Assembly (NCBI GenBank): GCA_035480635.1
Contig: DATIHN010000019.1
Coordinates: 16,260-80,259, forward strand
Origin: Candidatus Saccharimonadales bacterium
GTDB lineage: Bacteria > Patescibacteriota > Saccharimonadia > UBA4664 > DATIHN01
Reading direction: 5' to 3'
Length of the DNA stretch: 64,000 bases
A program made the translations under genes and the position numbers. This document shows positions 10,611 to 19,767 of the stretch, piece by piece. How positions within the stretch are numbered: position 1 is the first letter of the stretch; every line of letters begins with the position of its first letter. The notes below the pieces were generated by a model, which searched no databases, was not told where the DNA came from, and was given only the letters and a program-made list of their open reading frames with translations.

Positions 10611-10934
10611 CCCCACCAATTTTTTATGTAAGCTCACTCTTCTTACCCCCATTACGACTACTAACTATGTCGATACAAAAAAATTGGTGGGGTGGGTTTC
10701 TTTTCTAGATCATCTAGAGCAGATTGCTCATGGGTATACTCCTACTATCTATTTCTTCGCAATCTGCTGTACGGAAAAAGATAATGGTCGTTCGGCCTAA
10801 GCAAACTGTCTCCCTAAGGTCTTACTAGACCTTTTATTAATCCAATCATCTAGCCAGTTTGAGAGGCCGAACGACAAAGACGCAGGGCAGAGGGTATGGG
10901 AGGAGAAGGAGTTGGAGCGAGTGAATGGGTTGGG
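10611..10934 (+). repeat. Structured non-coding repeat element, copy 1 (MITE-like, terminal inverted repeats)
   Basis: About 94% identical core to 21942-22254. 5' arm 'CCCCACCAATTTTTTATGTAAGCTCACTCTTCTTACCCCC' with a degenerate inverted 3' arm. Internal hairpins 'GAGCAGATTGC...GCAATCTGCTG' and 'GTCGTTCGGCC...GGCCGAACGAC'. Confidence 0.6.
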
Positions 10935-10937
10935 ATA

Positions 10938-11480
10938 TTAAACTTCGTCGGGTTTGGTCTGGGCCGATTCCAGGGCTTCATGAGCCTGCATGATTTGATC
11001 AGCCAGGGTCTGCGGAGAGGGCACTTGTTTAAAAGAAAAATTCTCCTCTTCCCCCGCCGTCTCAATTTCGATATCACCGTAACTGAGCAGGTTAGCCAAT
11101 ATGCCTTTTTGGCGGCAGGAGACGTCTTGCAATTTGATCAGACTAAATTGCGAGACACTATGGTCGAACAGGCCCCGTCTGGTGTATTGCATTATATGGT
11201 GGTTAGTCAACACAATCCGATTTTGGCGATAAATCCAGATTGCCAGGAGTGCAATTCCGATGATTAAGACCCAGTAAATAAAAGTCAGCGCGCTAATGCC
11301 GGCAACTGGGATGTACTGGTTCACTGTGTCGGTGTGGCCCGCATAATAGCTGCTAGCCGCAACGAATACCAAGGCTAGAATCAAAGTCGAAAACATCACC
11401 GGCGCTACATTAATCCAATGTTTGTGCCGCTGGGCCAAGATTGTTTCAGTGACGGGCGCTGGTTGGTTTGGATTGGGCAT
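10938..11480 (-). CDS. Membrane protein with bacterial PH domain (bPH_2/YdbS-like)
   Basis: Two N-terminal TM helices followed by 'GILANLLSYGDIEIETAG...FSFKQVPSPQTL', typical of bPH_2. Confidence 0.55.
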   Translation of the reverse strand: MPNPNQPAPVTETILAQRHKHWINVAPVMFSTLILALVFVAASSYYAGHTDTVNQYIPVAGISALTFIYWVLIIGIALLAIWIYRQNRIVLTNHHIMQYTRRGLFDHSVSQFSLIKLQDVSCRQKGILANLLSYGDIEIETAGEEENFSFKQVPSPQTLADQIMQAHEALESAQTKPDEV

Positions 11481-13380
11481 GGCTAACCTCCGAATATGTT
11501 CTTATTATACGGCGTGCACCGACGTCACTCCAGAGCTGAACGAGGTTCATCCGACCTTCGGCTGTTGGTTGATCATTGTAAAAATGTGGGACGCCAGCTT
11601 TATCGTAATAAAGCTCGGGAATATCCCCCATTTTAAGCCAAGCATCTATGCTAGTCTGGGAAGTTTTTACGACTGCTGTTGTAATCAGCTTTTGGAGCTT
11701 GGCGGGCCACCCATCGCCCTTGGCCTTGTTAAGTTGACGCTGCAATCCAGCTATCGCTAGCGCTGTTTGCTTCGCCCAAATTACCCGACCGTGATACCCA
11801 AGCGTGGTGTAGCCATCGCCGGCACCGACAATAGTAGGACCAGAATCGGTGTAGAAATAATTGGGATCAAGTAGACGCAGGGCAAATGATTCAACTTGCG
11901 CGTGAGTCGGGACTCCATAGAACAAATCGTAGGCCTCGTCGAGGTGATTTACCTCCAAGCGTTGATAGCGCAGATTTGGGCCCGGCTGAACATCATATAA
12001 AGCCAAGGCGAAGGCAGTGGTACCATCTTGGTTTGAGAATCCATACCAACCACGGGGCCGCTGCCATTTAGTAATTAGCTCAGCTACCTGAGCACGATCT
12101 ACACTCAGGGTTTTGGCGTGCTGGTGGATAAGGTCCAGCGCCTTGGGGTAGAGCACTACGTTGACATCATACGGAGCAATCGGGAATCCGACGCCTCTAA
12201 AGGCCTCACTACTATCGCGCCAATCGCCGACAATAAAGCGCTGATCGGTCCGCGGCTTGATTAAATTAGGGACTTTTTTAAAGGTAATTAAATCATTGCG
12301 CCTGGCCTGGTCAACAATGAAGCCGGCAACCCGTTTGAGTTTGGCCAGATCAGCTGGGCTAATCGTCTTTGCACCAAGACTACCTAGCGCCAAGAGGTAA
12401 CGCGGTTCAATGTCGATCATATTGCGAGTGGTGTAGTTAGCCACAATTTTATCGACTGTTGCCCTCATTTGGTGGGTTACCAAGTTGGATTGGTTCAGCA
12501 GCATAGCTAGGTCATTAGAAACCTCTTTGGACTCATGCTCCTTTTGACTCTTAAATTCGCCGGTGATGTTTTCGTGCCAGCCCTCCCCCTTGGCATTAAT
12601 GAATTCAAAAACCTGGTGATACATGTAGCTTAGGGCTTCTGGAGTTAAGTCGGCTTGGCCCAGCTCAGCCGATTCCATCCAATCGCGAGTAATGATAGTC
12701 CCAAAACCATAGCCACTGGTTTTGTTGTTCCGAACTAGGTGGGTGATCTCGAGGGCAGTGCGGTCGAGTAATTGGTCAACCTGGTGACTAAGAGATTCGC
12801 CCAAGAACTCCGTTTGGATAGGTGCACTTGCGACCACTTGGTTAATTTTTGGAACCGGTAAGCTATCGGTGATCGTTCTAAGCCGAAAACTGATTGCCGA
12901 GGCCGGGCTGTCCAAATAATAACCCCGCTTAGACTTGTGCCGATGGACTTCGGTGTTTGCGTCGAAGACAGTTTCAGTACCATACCAATGATCATCATAG
13001 CTACGCCGATACTCGATTTTGTAGCCCTCAGGCGTTAATTCAACACCAATGTAGTGGGGGGCCAGATCATTCGGAAAACGATTATAAACTTTGGCGTAGG
13101 TCGGCAACGGATGATGCTCACGTTCTGTAATATCACGCAACCGGCGAATGTGACCCATCACGGGGTCGTGCAAAAATAGTTTGGAAGCTAAAATTTCGCC
13201 TTCTATTACCAACTGACCATCGTCAACAAAAACACTTTTGATATTGAGTTGATCTCGGTAAAGATCCACGGAGCCGTAGTGTAAGTGGTTATTGGGACCG
13301 ACAATTCGTAGTTGACCCAGGCTATCAAAATCAACGTAGTAGGCGCCCTCAATCCAGATGTTCGCCGCTAGTTTCATCAC
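11446..13380 (-). CDS. Large hypothetical cytoplasmic protein (644 aa)
   Basis: Long ORF with normal codon usage and no recognisable motif. 35-nt overlap with the downstream gene. Confidence 0.5.
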   Translation of the reverse strand: MMKLAANIWIEGAYYVDFDSLGQLRIVGPNNHLHYGSVDLYRDQLNIKSVFVDDGQLVIEGEILASKLFLHDPVMGHIRRLRDITEREHHPLPTYAKVYNRFPNDLAPHYIGVELTPEGYKIEYRRSYDDHWYGTETVFDANTEVHRHKSKRGYYLDSPASAISFRLRTITDSLPVPKINQVVASAPIQTEFLGESLSHQVDQLLDRTALEITHLVRNNKTSGYGFGTIITRDWMESAELGQADLTPEALSYMYHQVFEFINAKGEGWHENITGEFKSQKEHESKEVSNDLAMLLNQSNLVTHQMRATVDKIVANYTTRNMIDIEPRYLLALGSLGAKTISPADLAKLKRVAGFIVDQARRNDLITFKKVPNLIKPRTDQRFIVGDWRDSSEAFRGVGFPIAPYDVNVVLYPKALDLIHQHAKTLSVDRAQVAELITKWQRPRGWYGFSNQDGTTAFALALYDVQPGPNLRYQRLEVNHLDEAYDLFYGVPTHAQVESFALRLLDPNYFYTDSGPTIVGAGDGYTTLGYHGRVIWAKQTALAIAGLQRQLNKAKGDGWPAKLQKLITTAVVKTSQTSIDAWLKMGDIPELYYDKAGVPHFYNDQPTAEGRMNLVQLWSDVGARRIIRTYSEVSHAQSKPTSARH

Positions 13381-13391
13381 CTCTCCATTAG

Positions 13392-14414
13392 CTACAGCAA
13401 CTTGGCTTGATCAGACCTTTCGATTGGGTCGGCGCCCATGTGCGTATAGGCTTTGGTGGTTACGCGCCGACCCCGGTTGGTCCGCTCCAGTAGCCCGATT
13501 TGCAAGAGATAGGGCTCGTAGACGTCTTCAATGGTCGAGCGTTCCTCTGAACAAATTGCTGCCAGCGTCTCAACTCCGACCGGCCCACCGCCGTAGTTTT
13601 CGATAATGGCCGCTAGCAAGCGGCGGTCGGCGTTATCCAAACCGAGTTCGTCGATTTCGAGCAAATCAAGGGCTTGGCGAGCAATGGGGGCTGAGATGGC
13701 GTCGACTTTTTTGACTTGAGAATAATCTCGAACTCGTTTGAGCAGACGATTAGCAATACGGGGCGTTAGGCGCGATCGCTCAGCAATTTCGGCTGCTGCT
13801 GCATCGTCCAATTTTACACCTAAGATACGAGCCGAGCGGCGCAAGATTTGAACAATTTCGTCCGGGGCGTAGTAATCCAAGCGATGAACCATACCGAAGC
13901 GATCACGCAGCGGTGCAGACAGCGATCCGGCCCGGGTGGTGGCACCAATGATGGTGAAGTTAGGCAAATCCAGGCGAATTGATTTAGCGCTGGGACCCTT
14001 GCCCAACATTATATCCAAGCCAAAATCTTCCATGGCCGGATACAGAATTTCTTCGACGTTGCGAGGCAAGCGATGAATTTCATCGATAAAGAGGACATCT
14101 CCATCGCTCAAATTGGTCAAAAGGGCTGCCAGATCCCCGGCCCTTTCGATGGCCGGACCTGAAGTCACCCGAATATTGGCCCCCAGTTCGCGCGCAATCA
14201 CTCCAGCTAAGGTGGTTTTGCCCAACCCCGGCGGTCCGTAGAGTAAAATGTGGTCGACAGTTTCCCCTCGCCCTTTGGCGGCTGTAATTGCTACGTGCAA
14301 ATTGTCCTTAATGCCACTTTGACCAACATATTCATCAAAAGCCCTCGGCCTCAGAGTCTCTTCGATCTGCTCGTCTTCCGGACTATTATCGTGGGCGCTT
14401 AAGCGTTCGATCAT
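13392..14414 (-). CDS. ruvB: Holliday junction helicase RuvB
   Basis: '[14 protein letters not shown]' Walker A, 'DEIHRL' sensor motif, and RuvB C-terminal winged helix. Confidence 0.95.
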   Translation of the reverse strand: MIERLSAHDNSPEDEQIEETLRPRAFDEYVGQSGIKDNLHVAITAAKGRGETVDHILLYGPPGLGKTTLAGVIARELGANIRVTSGPAIERAGDLAALLTNLSDGDVLFIDEIHRLPRNVEEILYPAMEDFGLDIMLGKGPSAKSIRLDLPNFTIIGATTRAGSLSAPLRDRFGMVHRLDYYAPDEIVQILRRSARILGVKLDDAAAAEIAERSRLTPRIANRLLKRVRDYSQVKKVDAISAPIARQALDLLEIDELGLDNADRRLLAAIIENYGGGPVGVETLAAICSEERSTIEDVYEPYLLQIGLLERTNRGRRVTTKAYTHMGADPIERSDQAKLL

Positions 14415-14962
14415 TTGGCCAACCCTTTCAAGGCCGCTTTGACGCGTTCAGCGGGGTCCACTACCTCGGTGGGAACTTTAGCAGCCGCTTCGGCCGACTG
14501 AGAACTAGAATAACCCAGACCCACCAGAGCTTGATAGGTTTCATCCTGAGCTTGAGCAGCTGGGGCATTAATTTTGCCTTTGAGTTCTAGGGTGATGCGT
14601 TGGGCCGTTTTGTTACCAATGCCACTGACGCCGCGTAATATATCCGGGTTGCCAGTAGCGATGGCCTGGTTAAGCTTGGTTGGGGTAGCGGCTTGCAAAA
14701 CTGCCAAGGCAACTTTTGGCCCAATGCCGCTAATAGTTAGGAGTTTGCTAAAAAATTGGCGATCCTCGGCCTGGCCGAAACCATAGAGAGTTTGTTGATC
14801 CTCGCGAATGTATTGGTGGGTAATAAAGGTTACCTCGTCGCCGATTTTTTGGTTAGCGAGATCACGCGCTAGAGCCAATACTTCGTAGCCGACACCGCCA
14901 GCCTCGACGATGGCGCTATCAAAAGTCTTCTCGACTAGCTTCCCCCGAATGCGCGCGATCAT
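14411..14962 (-). CDS. ruvA: Holliday junction DNA-binding protein RuvA
   Basis: 'LYGF...[23 protein letters not shown]' helix-hairpin-helix region. Confidence 0.9.
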   Translation of the reverse strand: MIARIRGKLVEKTFDSAIVEAGGVGYEVLALARDLANQKIGDEVTFITHQYIREDQQTLYGFGQAEDRQFFSKLLTISGIGPKVALAVLQAATPTKLNQAIATGNPDILRGVSGIGNKTAQRITLELKGKINAPAAQAQDETYQALVGLGYSSSQSAEAAAKVPTEVVDPAERVKAALKGLAK

Positions 14963-15014
14963 ATGGTAATTGTACAGGTTTAACCAGGTGAATCAAAACC
15001 GCCGTCGGATGATT

Positions 15015-15491
15015 TTAGGGCGTTTGGACGCTTTGGGCGGCCGCAATGGCGCAGGCCAATGCGTCGGCCGCATCATCTGGCCTTGGGAGTTCGGACAAGC
15101 TTAGCAGGGTCTGGACCATTTCTTGAATTTGGCGCTTGGTAGCTTTGCCATAGCCAGTGACAGCTTGCTTAACCTGCAAGGGCGTGAATTCAACCACCGG
15201 GATACTAGCCTCAGCGGCGGCCAGTAAGACCACCCCGCGAGCCTGACCGACGCTAATAGCGGTACTGGAATTGCGAGCAAAGTAGAGTAATTCGACGGCC
15301 ATTTGATCGGGTTTGTATTCGCCCACCACTTGGCTGATTTCGCGCTTGATGGTTAGCAGGCGATCGGGCATATCGGCCGCCGCTGGGGTGGTGATGACAC
15401 CCCCACCAATGAATTTAAGTTTTTGGCCTTGGCTATCAATGATGCCAAAGCCGGTTGTGGCTGTGCCCGGATCGATGCCCAAGATTCTCAC
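15015..15491 (-). CDS. ruvC: Holliday junction resolvase RuvC
   Basis: 'MRILGIDPGTATTGFGII' RNase H-like fold. Confidence 0.9.
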   Translation of the reverse strand: MRILGIDPGTATTGFGIIDSQGQKLKFIGGGVITTPAAADMPDRLLTIKREISQVVGEYKPDQMAVELLYFARNSSTAISVGQARGVVLLAAAEASIPVVEFTPLQVKQAVTGYGKATKRQIQEMVQTLLSLSELPRPDDAADALACAIAAAQSVQTP

Positions 15492-16228
15492 TGCTCGGCC
15501 AGCTCAAGTTCGCCTGCCACCTCGAAGTTGGCGTAAGTTTCGGTAACGTCATCCAAATCATCCAACGTTTCCATGATGGCAATCAGCTGGTTCAAGATTT
15601 TACGGTCGCTGATAGTGACGCTGGTGCGCGGAATGTAGGCCAGCTCAGCCGAATCAATCGGTCGGTTCTGCGCCGCTAGAGCTGAGCGCACCTGATCAAG
15701 TTTGGCGGCTGGAGTGTAAACATAGAGCTTGCCATCTTCTTCGTTCATATCATCGGCGCCGGCATCGATGGCGGCTAGCTCAGCCTCATCGCCAGTTTGA
15801 TTTAAGACGATTTGCCCCTTTTGCTCAAACTGAAAAGCCACCGCGCCAGCCTCGGCCAAGCGCCCGCCATGTTTGGTAAAAGCGCTGCGGACTTCGGAAG
15901 CGGCTCGATTACGATTATCGGTTGCGACCTCCACCAAAATGGCCACGGCTCCTGGGCCGTAACCTTCGTAGAGAATTTCCTCAACTTGGGCCCCACCTAA
16001 TTCGCCGGTGCCTTTTTTGATGGCTCGCTCAATGTTGGCCTGAGGCATATTGGCCGAGCGGGCCTTGCCCATGACTAGTCGCAGCTTAAAGTTCACTACT
16101 GGATCGCCACCGCCTTGCTTGGCCGCAATAGTGATGGCATTGGCGAGCTTAGTAAAAGCCGCGCCCCGTTTGGCATCGGCCGCCGCTTTTTGGTGTTTTA
16201 TACTATGCCATTTGCTGTGTCCGGACAT
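15488..16228 (-). CDS. yebC: YebC/PmpR family transcriptional regulator
   Basis: 'MSGHSKWHSIKHQK' N-terminus. Start moved to the internal Met (the track ORF extends to 16252). Confidence 0.9.
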   Translation of the reverse strand: MSGHSKWHSIKHQKAAADAKRGAAFTKLANAITIAAKQGGGDPVVNFKLRLVMGKARSANMPQANIERAIKKGTGELGGAQVEEILYEGYGPGAVAILVEVATDNRNRAASEVRSAFTKHGGRLAEAGAVAFQFEQKGQIVLNQTGDEAELAAIDAGADDMNEEDGKLYVYTPAAKLDQVRSALAAQNRPIDSAELAYIPRTSVTISDRKILNQLIAIMETLDDLDDVTETYANFEVAGELELAEQ

Positions 16229-17642
16229 GATCTGCTTCCCTGTTAATATCATTATACCAGGTTGGAGGTGTAGGACGCTTGGGCCAAATCGCAGCTAGCC
16301 AACCAATGATTAAGCCGTACCATGCAATCATGAAACCGATCGAAACTTGAACAGTGAGCGGGTGTAATTTTGATCCAGTTTCAATCACTCCAACGATGAA
16401 GCGCAAAAGCAAGATGGCGGGCCAAGCCAACCAGCCGCCCACCAGTGGCACGGCCAGGCCTGCCAACCCAGCCACGAAGCTGGCTAGCATGGCAATTGGT
16501 ACCAACGGCATGACGATCAGATTGGTCAGTGGTGCAATTGGCGTAAAAGTCCCGAAACTATGTAAAATCAGGGGCAAAGTTAAAAGATAGGCAGCTAGAG
16601 CTTCCAACGCAATCATGCCTAGGGGGTGATTAGATAGGCCTAAGCGTTCCCCCAATATCGGGGCCACGATCAAAATGCCAGCAAAAGCCGCGAATGATAG
16701 CTGCCAGCCTAGATCACTATAGAGGGCATGCGGATTCAGGCCAGCCGTCAAGGCTGCCACTAAGGCGATAAGTAAAACGGGTTTGATGGTCCGGCCATAG
16801 TATCCGGCTGCTAGTACCAGAATTGAAACGGCTCCGGCGCGGACGATTGAGGCACTGGCGCCAGCTACGGCCACAAAGCCGCCAATTAGCCATAAGCTCA
16901 AGGCTAATACAAAGAATTTACTGGAATTTCGAAAAACTCGCCGCACACCATCAACCAAAATCGTCAGATTGTAGCCGCTAACCGCCACTAGGTGACTAAG
17001 GCCCACAGCCGCTAATTGGGCTTGCAAAGTTTTGGGGATTAAAGCTCGAGCACCGATTAATAAACCGAGGGCGAATGAGGCCAGAGGCTCAGGAATCATG
17101 GCCCGCTCGGCGGCAAAAAACCTTAGTCGCCAACGTTCTAACCAGCTGATATGGTCACTAATAATTTGGGTTTGAGGGAAGCTAAACTCAGCTTGATTGG
17201 CACCGATTGAAGGTTTTAATTTTCCAACCAAGGCAATTTGATAGCCACGTCGGATGGGCAAGCGGTGAGTAAAAACAGCGATGTTCGTGCGATAGGGCCG
17301 ATCGTCCAGCCGGCTGGTCGCCAGACTGAAGCTCAATTGGTTCTGATCATTCAGGGCCGGATCGTCTCTGACTACACCTTCGAGGCGAACACTTTGACCA
17401 AAATGGCTGGCGAGTATTTGATCGCTCCAGCGCACCTGCCCAGCCCGCCACAGACCCAGCGTTAGCGCCATAATGATTATTGCCAGATTACGCCAACGAC
17501 TACGCCCGAGTACCAAGGTGATTGCAAAAAGGCCAACCACAAGTGCACCCGAGACAAACATCGGACGCCCAATCACCAACCCAATTAAGAAGGCTAAGCT
17601 GGCTGCAGTTATGAGAGTAGTTTGATGAATAGTCGTTTTCAT
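16203..17642 (-). CDS. comEC: ComEC/Rec2-like DNA internalisation channel (membrane domains only, no C-terminal MBL domain)
   Basis: Polytopic membrane protein with 'GLSHLVAVSGYNLTIL' competence-domain motif. 479 aa. Confidence 0.7.
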   Translation of the reverse strand: MKTTIHQTTLITAASLAFLIGLVIGRPMFVSGALVVGLFAITLVLGRSRWRNLAIIIMALTLGLWRAGQVRWSDQILASHFGQSVRLEGVVRDDPALNDQNQLSFSLATSRLDDRPYRTNIAVFTHRLPIRRGYQIALVGKLKPSIGANQAEFSFPQTQIISDHISWLERWRLRFFAAERAMIPEPLASFALGLLIGARALIPKTLQAQLAAVGLSHLVAVSGYNLTILVDGVRRVFRNSSKFFVLALSLWLIGGFVAVAGASASIVRAGAVSILVLAAGYYGRTIKPVLLIALVAALTAGLNPHALYSDLGWQLSFAAFAGILIVAPILGERLGLSNHPLGMIALEALAAYLLTLPLILHSFGTFTPIAPLTNLIVMPLVPIAMLASFVAGLAGLAVPLVGGWLAWPAILLLRFIVGVIETGSKLHPLTVQVSIGFMIAWYGLIIGWLAAIWPKRPTPPTWYNDINREADHVRTQQMA

Positions 17643-17735
17643 GGAGGCTAGTTTTTACCCTCCGATTGAGATTATTTTAGCAGACAAGTATTAAAGTGAA
17701 AGGGCCGACCACCTAAGTGATCGGCCCGAGGCTTG

Positions 17736-17972
17736 CTAGAGCCGTTGGCGGCTGCCAAATTGTCGCCCGACTGTGGCTTCGACGTAAATCTGGCGGTTGG
17801 GGTAGCGGCGTTTGGCCCAGGCCAGACAGTTTTGCAAGTACTGCGCTCTCCTGTCTTTGGCCGCCTCATTGTCGTCTCGTCCCCAGTCTCTGTCATCGTC
17901 CGCCGGCAAGCACTCGACGATGTTGATGACAATTTGGTAATGGTAGACCATTAGGGGCTCTCGGCGTTTCAT
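17736..17972 (-). CDS. Hypothetical small protein (78 aa)
   Basis: AAGGAG RBS 9 nt upstream of the ATG. GC-rich. No recognisable domain. Confidence 0.4.
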   Translation of the reverse strand: MKRREPLMVYHYQIVINIVECLPADDDRDWGRDDNEAAKDRRAQYLQNCLAWAKRRYPNRQIYVEATVGRQFGSRQRL

Positions 17973-18027
17973 GGCATGACTCCTTGGTTAGAATGTCATG
18001 CCCCTTACTCCGTTCGCTCGCTTCCAG

Positions 18028-18101
18028 TGGCCCGTGAAGGATTCGAACCTCCGGCCTCACGCTTTTCAAGCGCGCGATCTCACCAACTGATCTAACGGGC
18101 C
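18028..18101 (-). tRNA. tRNA-Phe (anticodon GAA)
   Basis: Reverse-complement folds as a cloverleaf: acceptor GGCCCGT/ACGGGCC, anticodon loop TTGAAAA, T-loop TTCGAAT. No encoded CCA. Confidence 0.85.
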
Positions 18102-18703
18102 GAGTTTTTAACGACTTCGTCGAGATTGATCTTGCCGCTCAAAATGTCCAATAGGACCTGCGGATACAGCTCGCGCTCTTGGACTTTGATTCGCTCCCAG
18201 AGCGTCTCAACGTCGTCGCCGTCTTCGACTGGGACTCTAACCTGCCCCAGTATATAGCTTTCGTCGTCGAGCACTTCAGTAGCGATGTGGACGGTCGAGC
18301 CGGTTTCGCTGACTCGAGCAGCCAGAGCATCGCGAACAGCATATTCGCCTTTGAACGCTGGTAGGAGGGCCGGGTGGATGTTCAAAATCCGCTTGTCGTA
18401 GTCCTCGAATATGACGTCGTGGAGGATGGTAAAAAACCCAGCCATAGCCACAAGCTTGATGCCGTTCTCCTGTAAGGCTGCGGCGACCGCGCGGGTAAAG
18501 CCCTCGCGGTCCCAACCCTCACCGATTTTGGGCTTGTAGCCAAACTCCCTACGATCAATCAGCACTGCTGGGATACCGGCAGCTTGGGCGATTTCCAGCG
18601 CCTTGCACTGCTTATCGGCTAGCACCAGACTGATCGGGACTTTGTGCTCAATCATCGATGCCAAGATGGTGCCACTACCTGAAGCTAGGACTGCAATCTT
18701 CAT
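18092..18703 (-). CDS. purN: Phosphoribosylglycinamide formyltransferase PurN
   Basis: 'MKIAVLASGSG...NIHPALLPAFKG' formyltransferase motifs. Start set at the internal Met (the track ORF runs to 18874). The TAG stop lies inside tRNA-Phe. Confidence 0.85.
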   Translation of the reverse strand: MKIAVLASGSGTILASMIEHKVPISLVLADKQCKALEIAQAAGIPAVLIDRREFGYKPKIGEGWDREGFTRAVAAALQENGIKLVAMAGFFTILHDVIFEDYDKRILNIHPALLPAFKGEYAVRDALAARVSETGSTVHIATEVLDDESYILGQVRVPVEDGDDVETLWERIKVQERELYPQVLLDILSGKINLDEVVKNSAR

Positions 18704-18819
18704 CACGCGTACTCCTCTTTCGCCCTCATTCAAGCGAACGGGCTTAATTATCAAACAGAACATACTTTCTGGCAACCGTAAGTAAAAAGACCCCTTTGAG
18801 GTATTTTGTGTTGATGCGT

Positions 18820-19026
18820 TTAGTTTCTTAAACCGATAAATATCAACAACACAGCCATAACCATGAACAGCCAACGAATTATTGAGCCAAGCCCATTGAA
18901 ACCAATCTCATAAGGAAATATCGTCAAATCCCACAACTTCCAACCATAATCGGGGTCGCCAGATGCATATCTGATTAAGTCGTGAATAGTAATTGCAAAG
19001 ATAATAATAATTCCGATTACTACCAT
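18820..19026 (-). CDS. Hypothetical small membrane protein (68 aa)
   Basis: Two predicted TM helices. Confidence 0.35.
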   Translation of the reverse strand: MVVIGIIIIFAITIHDLIRYASGDPDYGWKLWDLTIFPYEIGFNGLGSIIRWLFMVMAVLLIFIGLRN

Positions 19027-19048
19027 TGCTTAAGTATACAATAGAGTT

Positions 19049-19327
19049 ATGAGCGAAGAATCAATCTTGACTCTCCACCCCCAGGGCAAGAGCGGGCGCA
19101 ATATTAGTAAGTCTAAATACGATACTATGAAGGCGGCCATAACTTCCGTGCTCCACGATCAGCGTCTAACTCAAAACCAACTCATGGCAAGAGTCGAGCT
19201 AAAGCTGAGGGGTACGTTTGAAGGCAATATTTCTTGGTACGCCGAAACGGTCAAGCTTGATCTGGAGGCGCGGAATGTTATTAAACGCACCAGCGACCAG
19301 CCGCAAAAGTATTATTTAGCTAACTAG
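19049..19327 (+). CDS. Hypothetical protein (92 aa)
   Basis: ORF with no recognisable domain. Confidence 0.4.
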   Translation: MSEESILTLHPQGKSGRNISKSKYDTMKAAITSVLHDQRLTQNQLMARVELKLRGTFEGNISWYAETVKLDLEARNVIKRTSDQPQKYYLAN

Positions 19328-19487
19328 GTTTCCAATCTAATAAATCTAATGCAGGGCCCAGAGGGACATCGTCCGCCAGCTGGCGGACTCATCCTTCGTC
19401 GCTTACTCGGTGCAAGCACCTGCGTGAGCTCCTCGTAATCGAACCCAGCCCTACGGGCTACCTGGGTTCTCGTCTCACGCCCCAACG

Positions 19488-19512
19488 AAAAAGCCCCAGC
19501 TTACGCTGAGGC
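19488..19512 (-). terminator. Rho-independent terminator after tRNA-Lys
   Basis: On the minus strand: GCCTCAGC-GTAA-GCTGGGGC hairpin followed by TTTTT, starting 8 nt after the tRNA 3' end. Confidence 0.5.
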
Positions 19513-19520
19513 ACTTTCGT

Positions 19521-19597
19521 TGGAGGGCCCAGTGGGACTCGAACCCACGACGCAGAGCTTAAAAGGCTCTCGCTCTGACCAACTGAGCTATGGGCCC
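19521..19597 (-). tRNA. tRNA-Lys (anticodon TTT), CCA encoded
   Basis: Reverse-complement: acceptor GGGCCCA/TGGGCCC, anticodon loop CTTTTAA, T-loop TTCGAGT, 3' TCCA. Confidence 0.85.
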
Positions 19598-19767
19598 ACG
19601 TCCAAATTGTACTTCAGCTTCCGCGAGTCAATAAACTCACTCCAGCTTTCGAACAATTTCTCCTTTTGCCTTATCAAACAGCTTCGCTTGGTTTGATTTC
19701 GGCTTTTTAGGTGTGGGATCAGGTCTAGAACCAACAAACTATACCCCGAATCTGTTGATTGGTCAAT

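Noticed and set aside
10555-10800. ORFs 10555-10800 (+) and 22147-22386 (-) share the peptide 'PTNFLCKLTLLTPI', suggesting a small protein family.
   Set aside because: The shared peptide comes from translating the inverted terminal arms of the repeat element in opposite orientations. The same-strand frame is interrupted by a stop in copy 2 (CCC AGC CCA TTT TTT GTG TAA), so the element is non-coding.
18704-18874. N-terminal 57-aa extension of the purN ORF ('MAVHGYGCVVDIYRF...').
   Set aside because: PurN homologues start at 'MKIAVLASGSG'. The extension has no support and runs into the promoter region, so the start was set at 18703.
19330-19520. Possible SRP RNA, tmRNA or RNase P RNA next to tRNA-Lys.
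   Set aside because: No match to the conserved SRP domain IV (GGAAGCAGCC), the tmRNA 5'/3' tRNA-like ends, or the RNase P P4 motifs. Kept only as an unclassified structured spacer.
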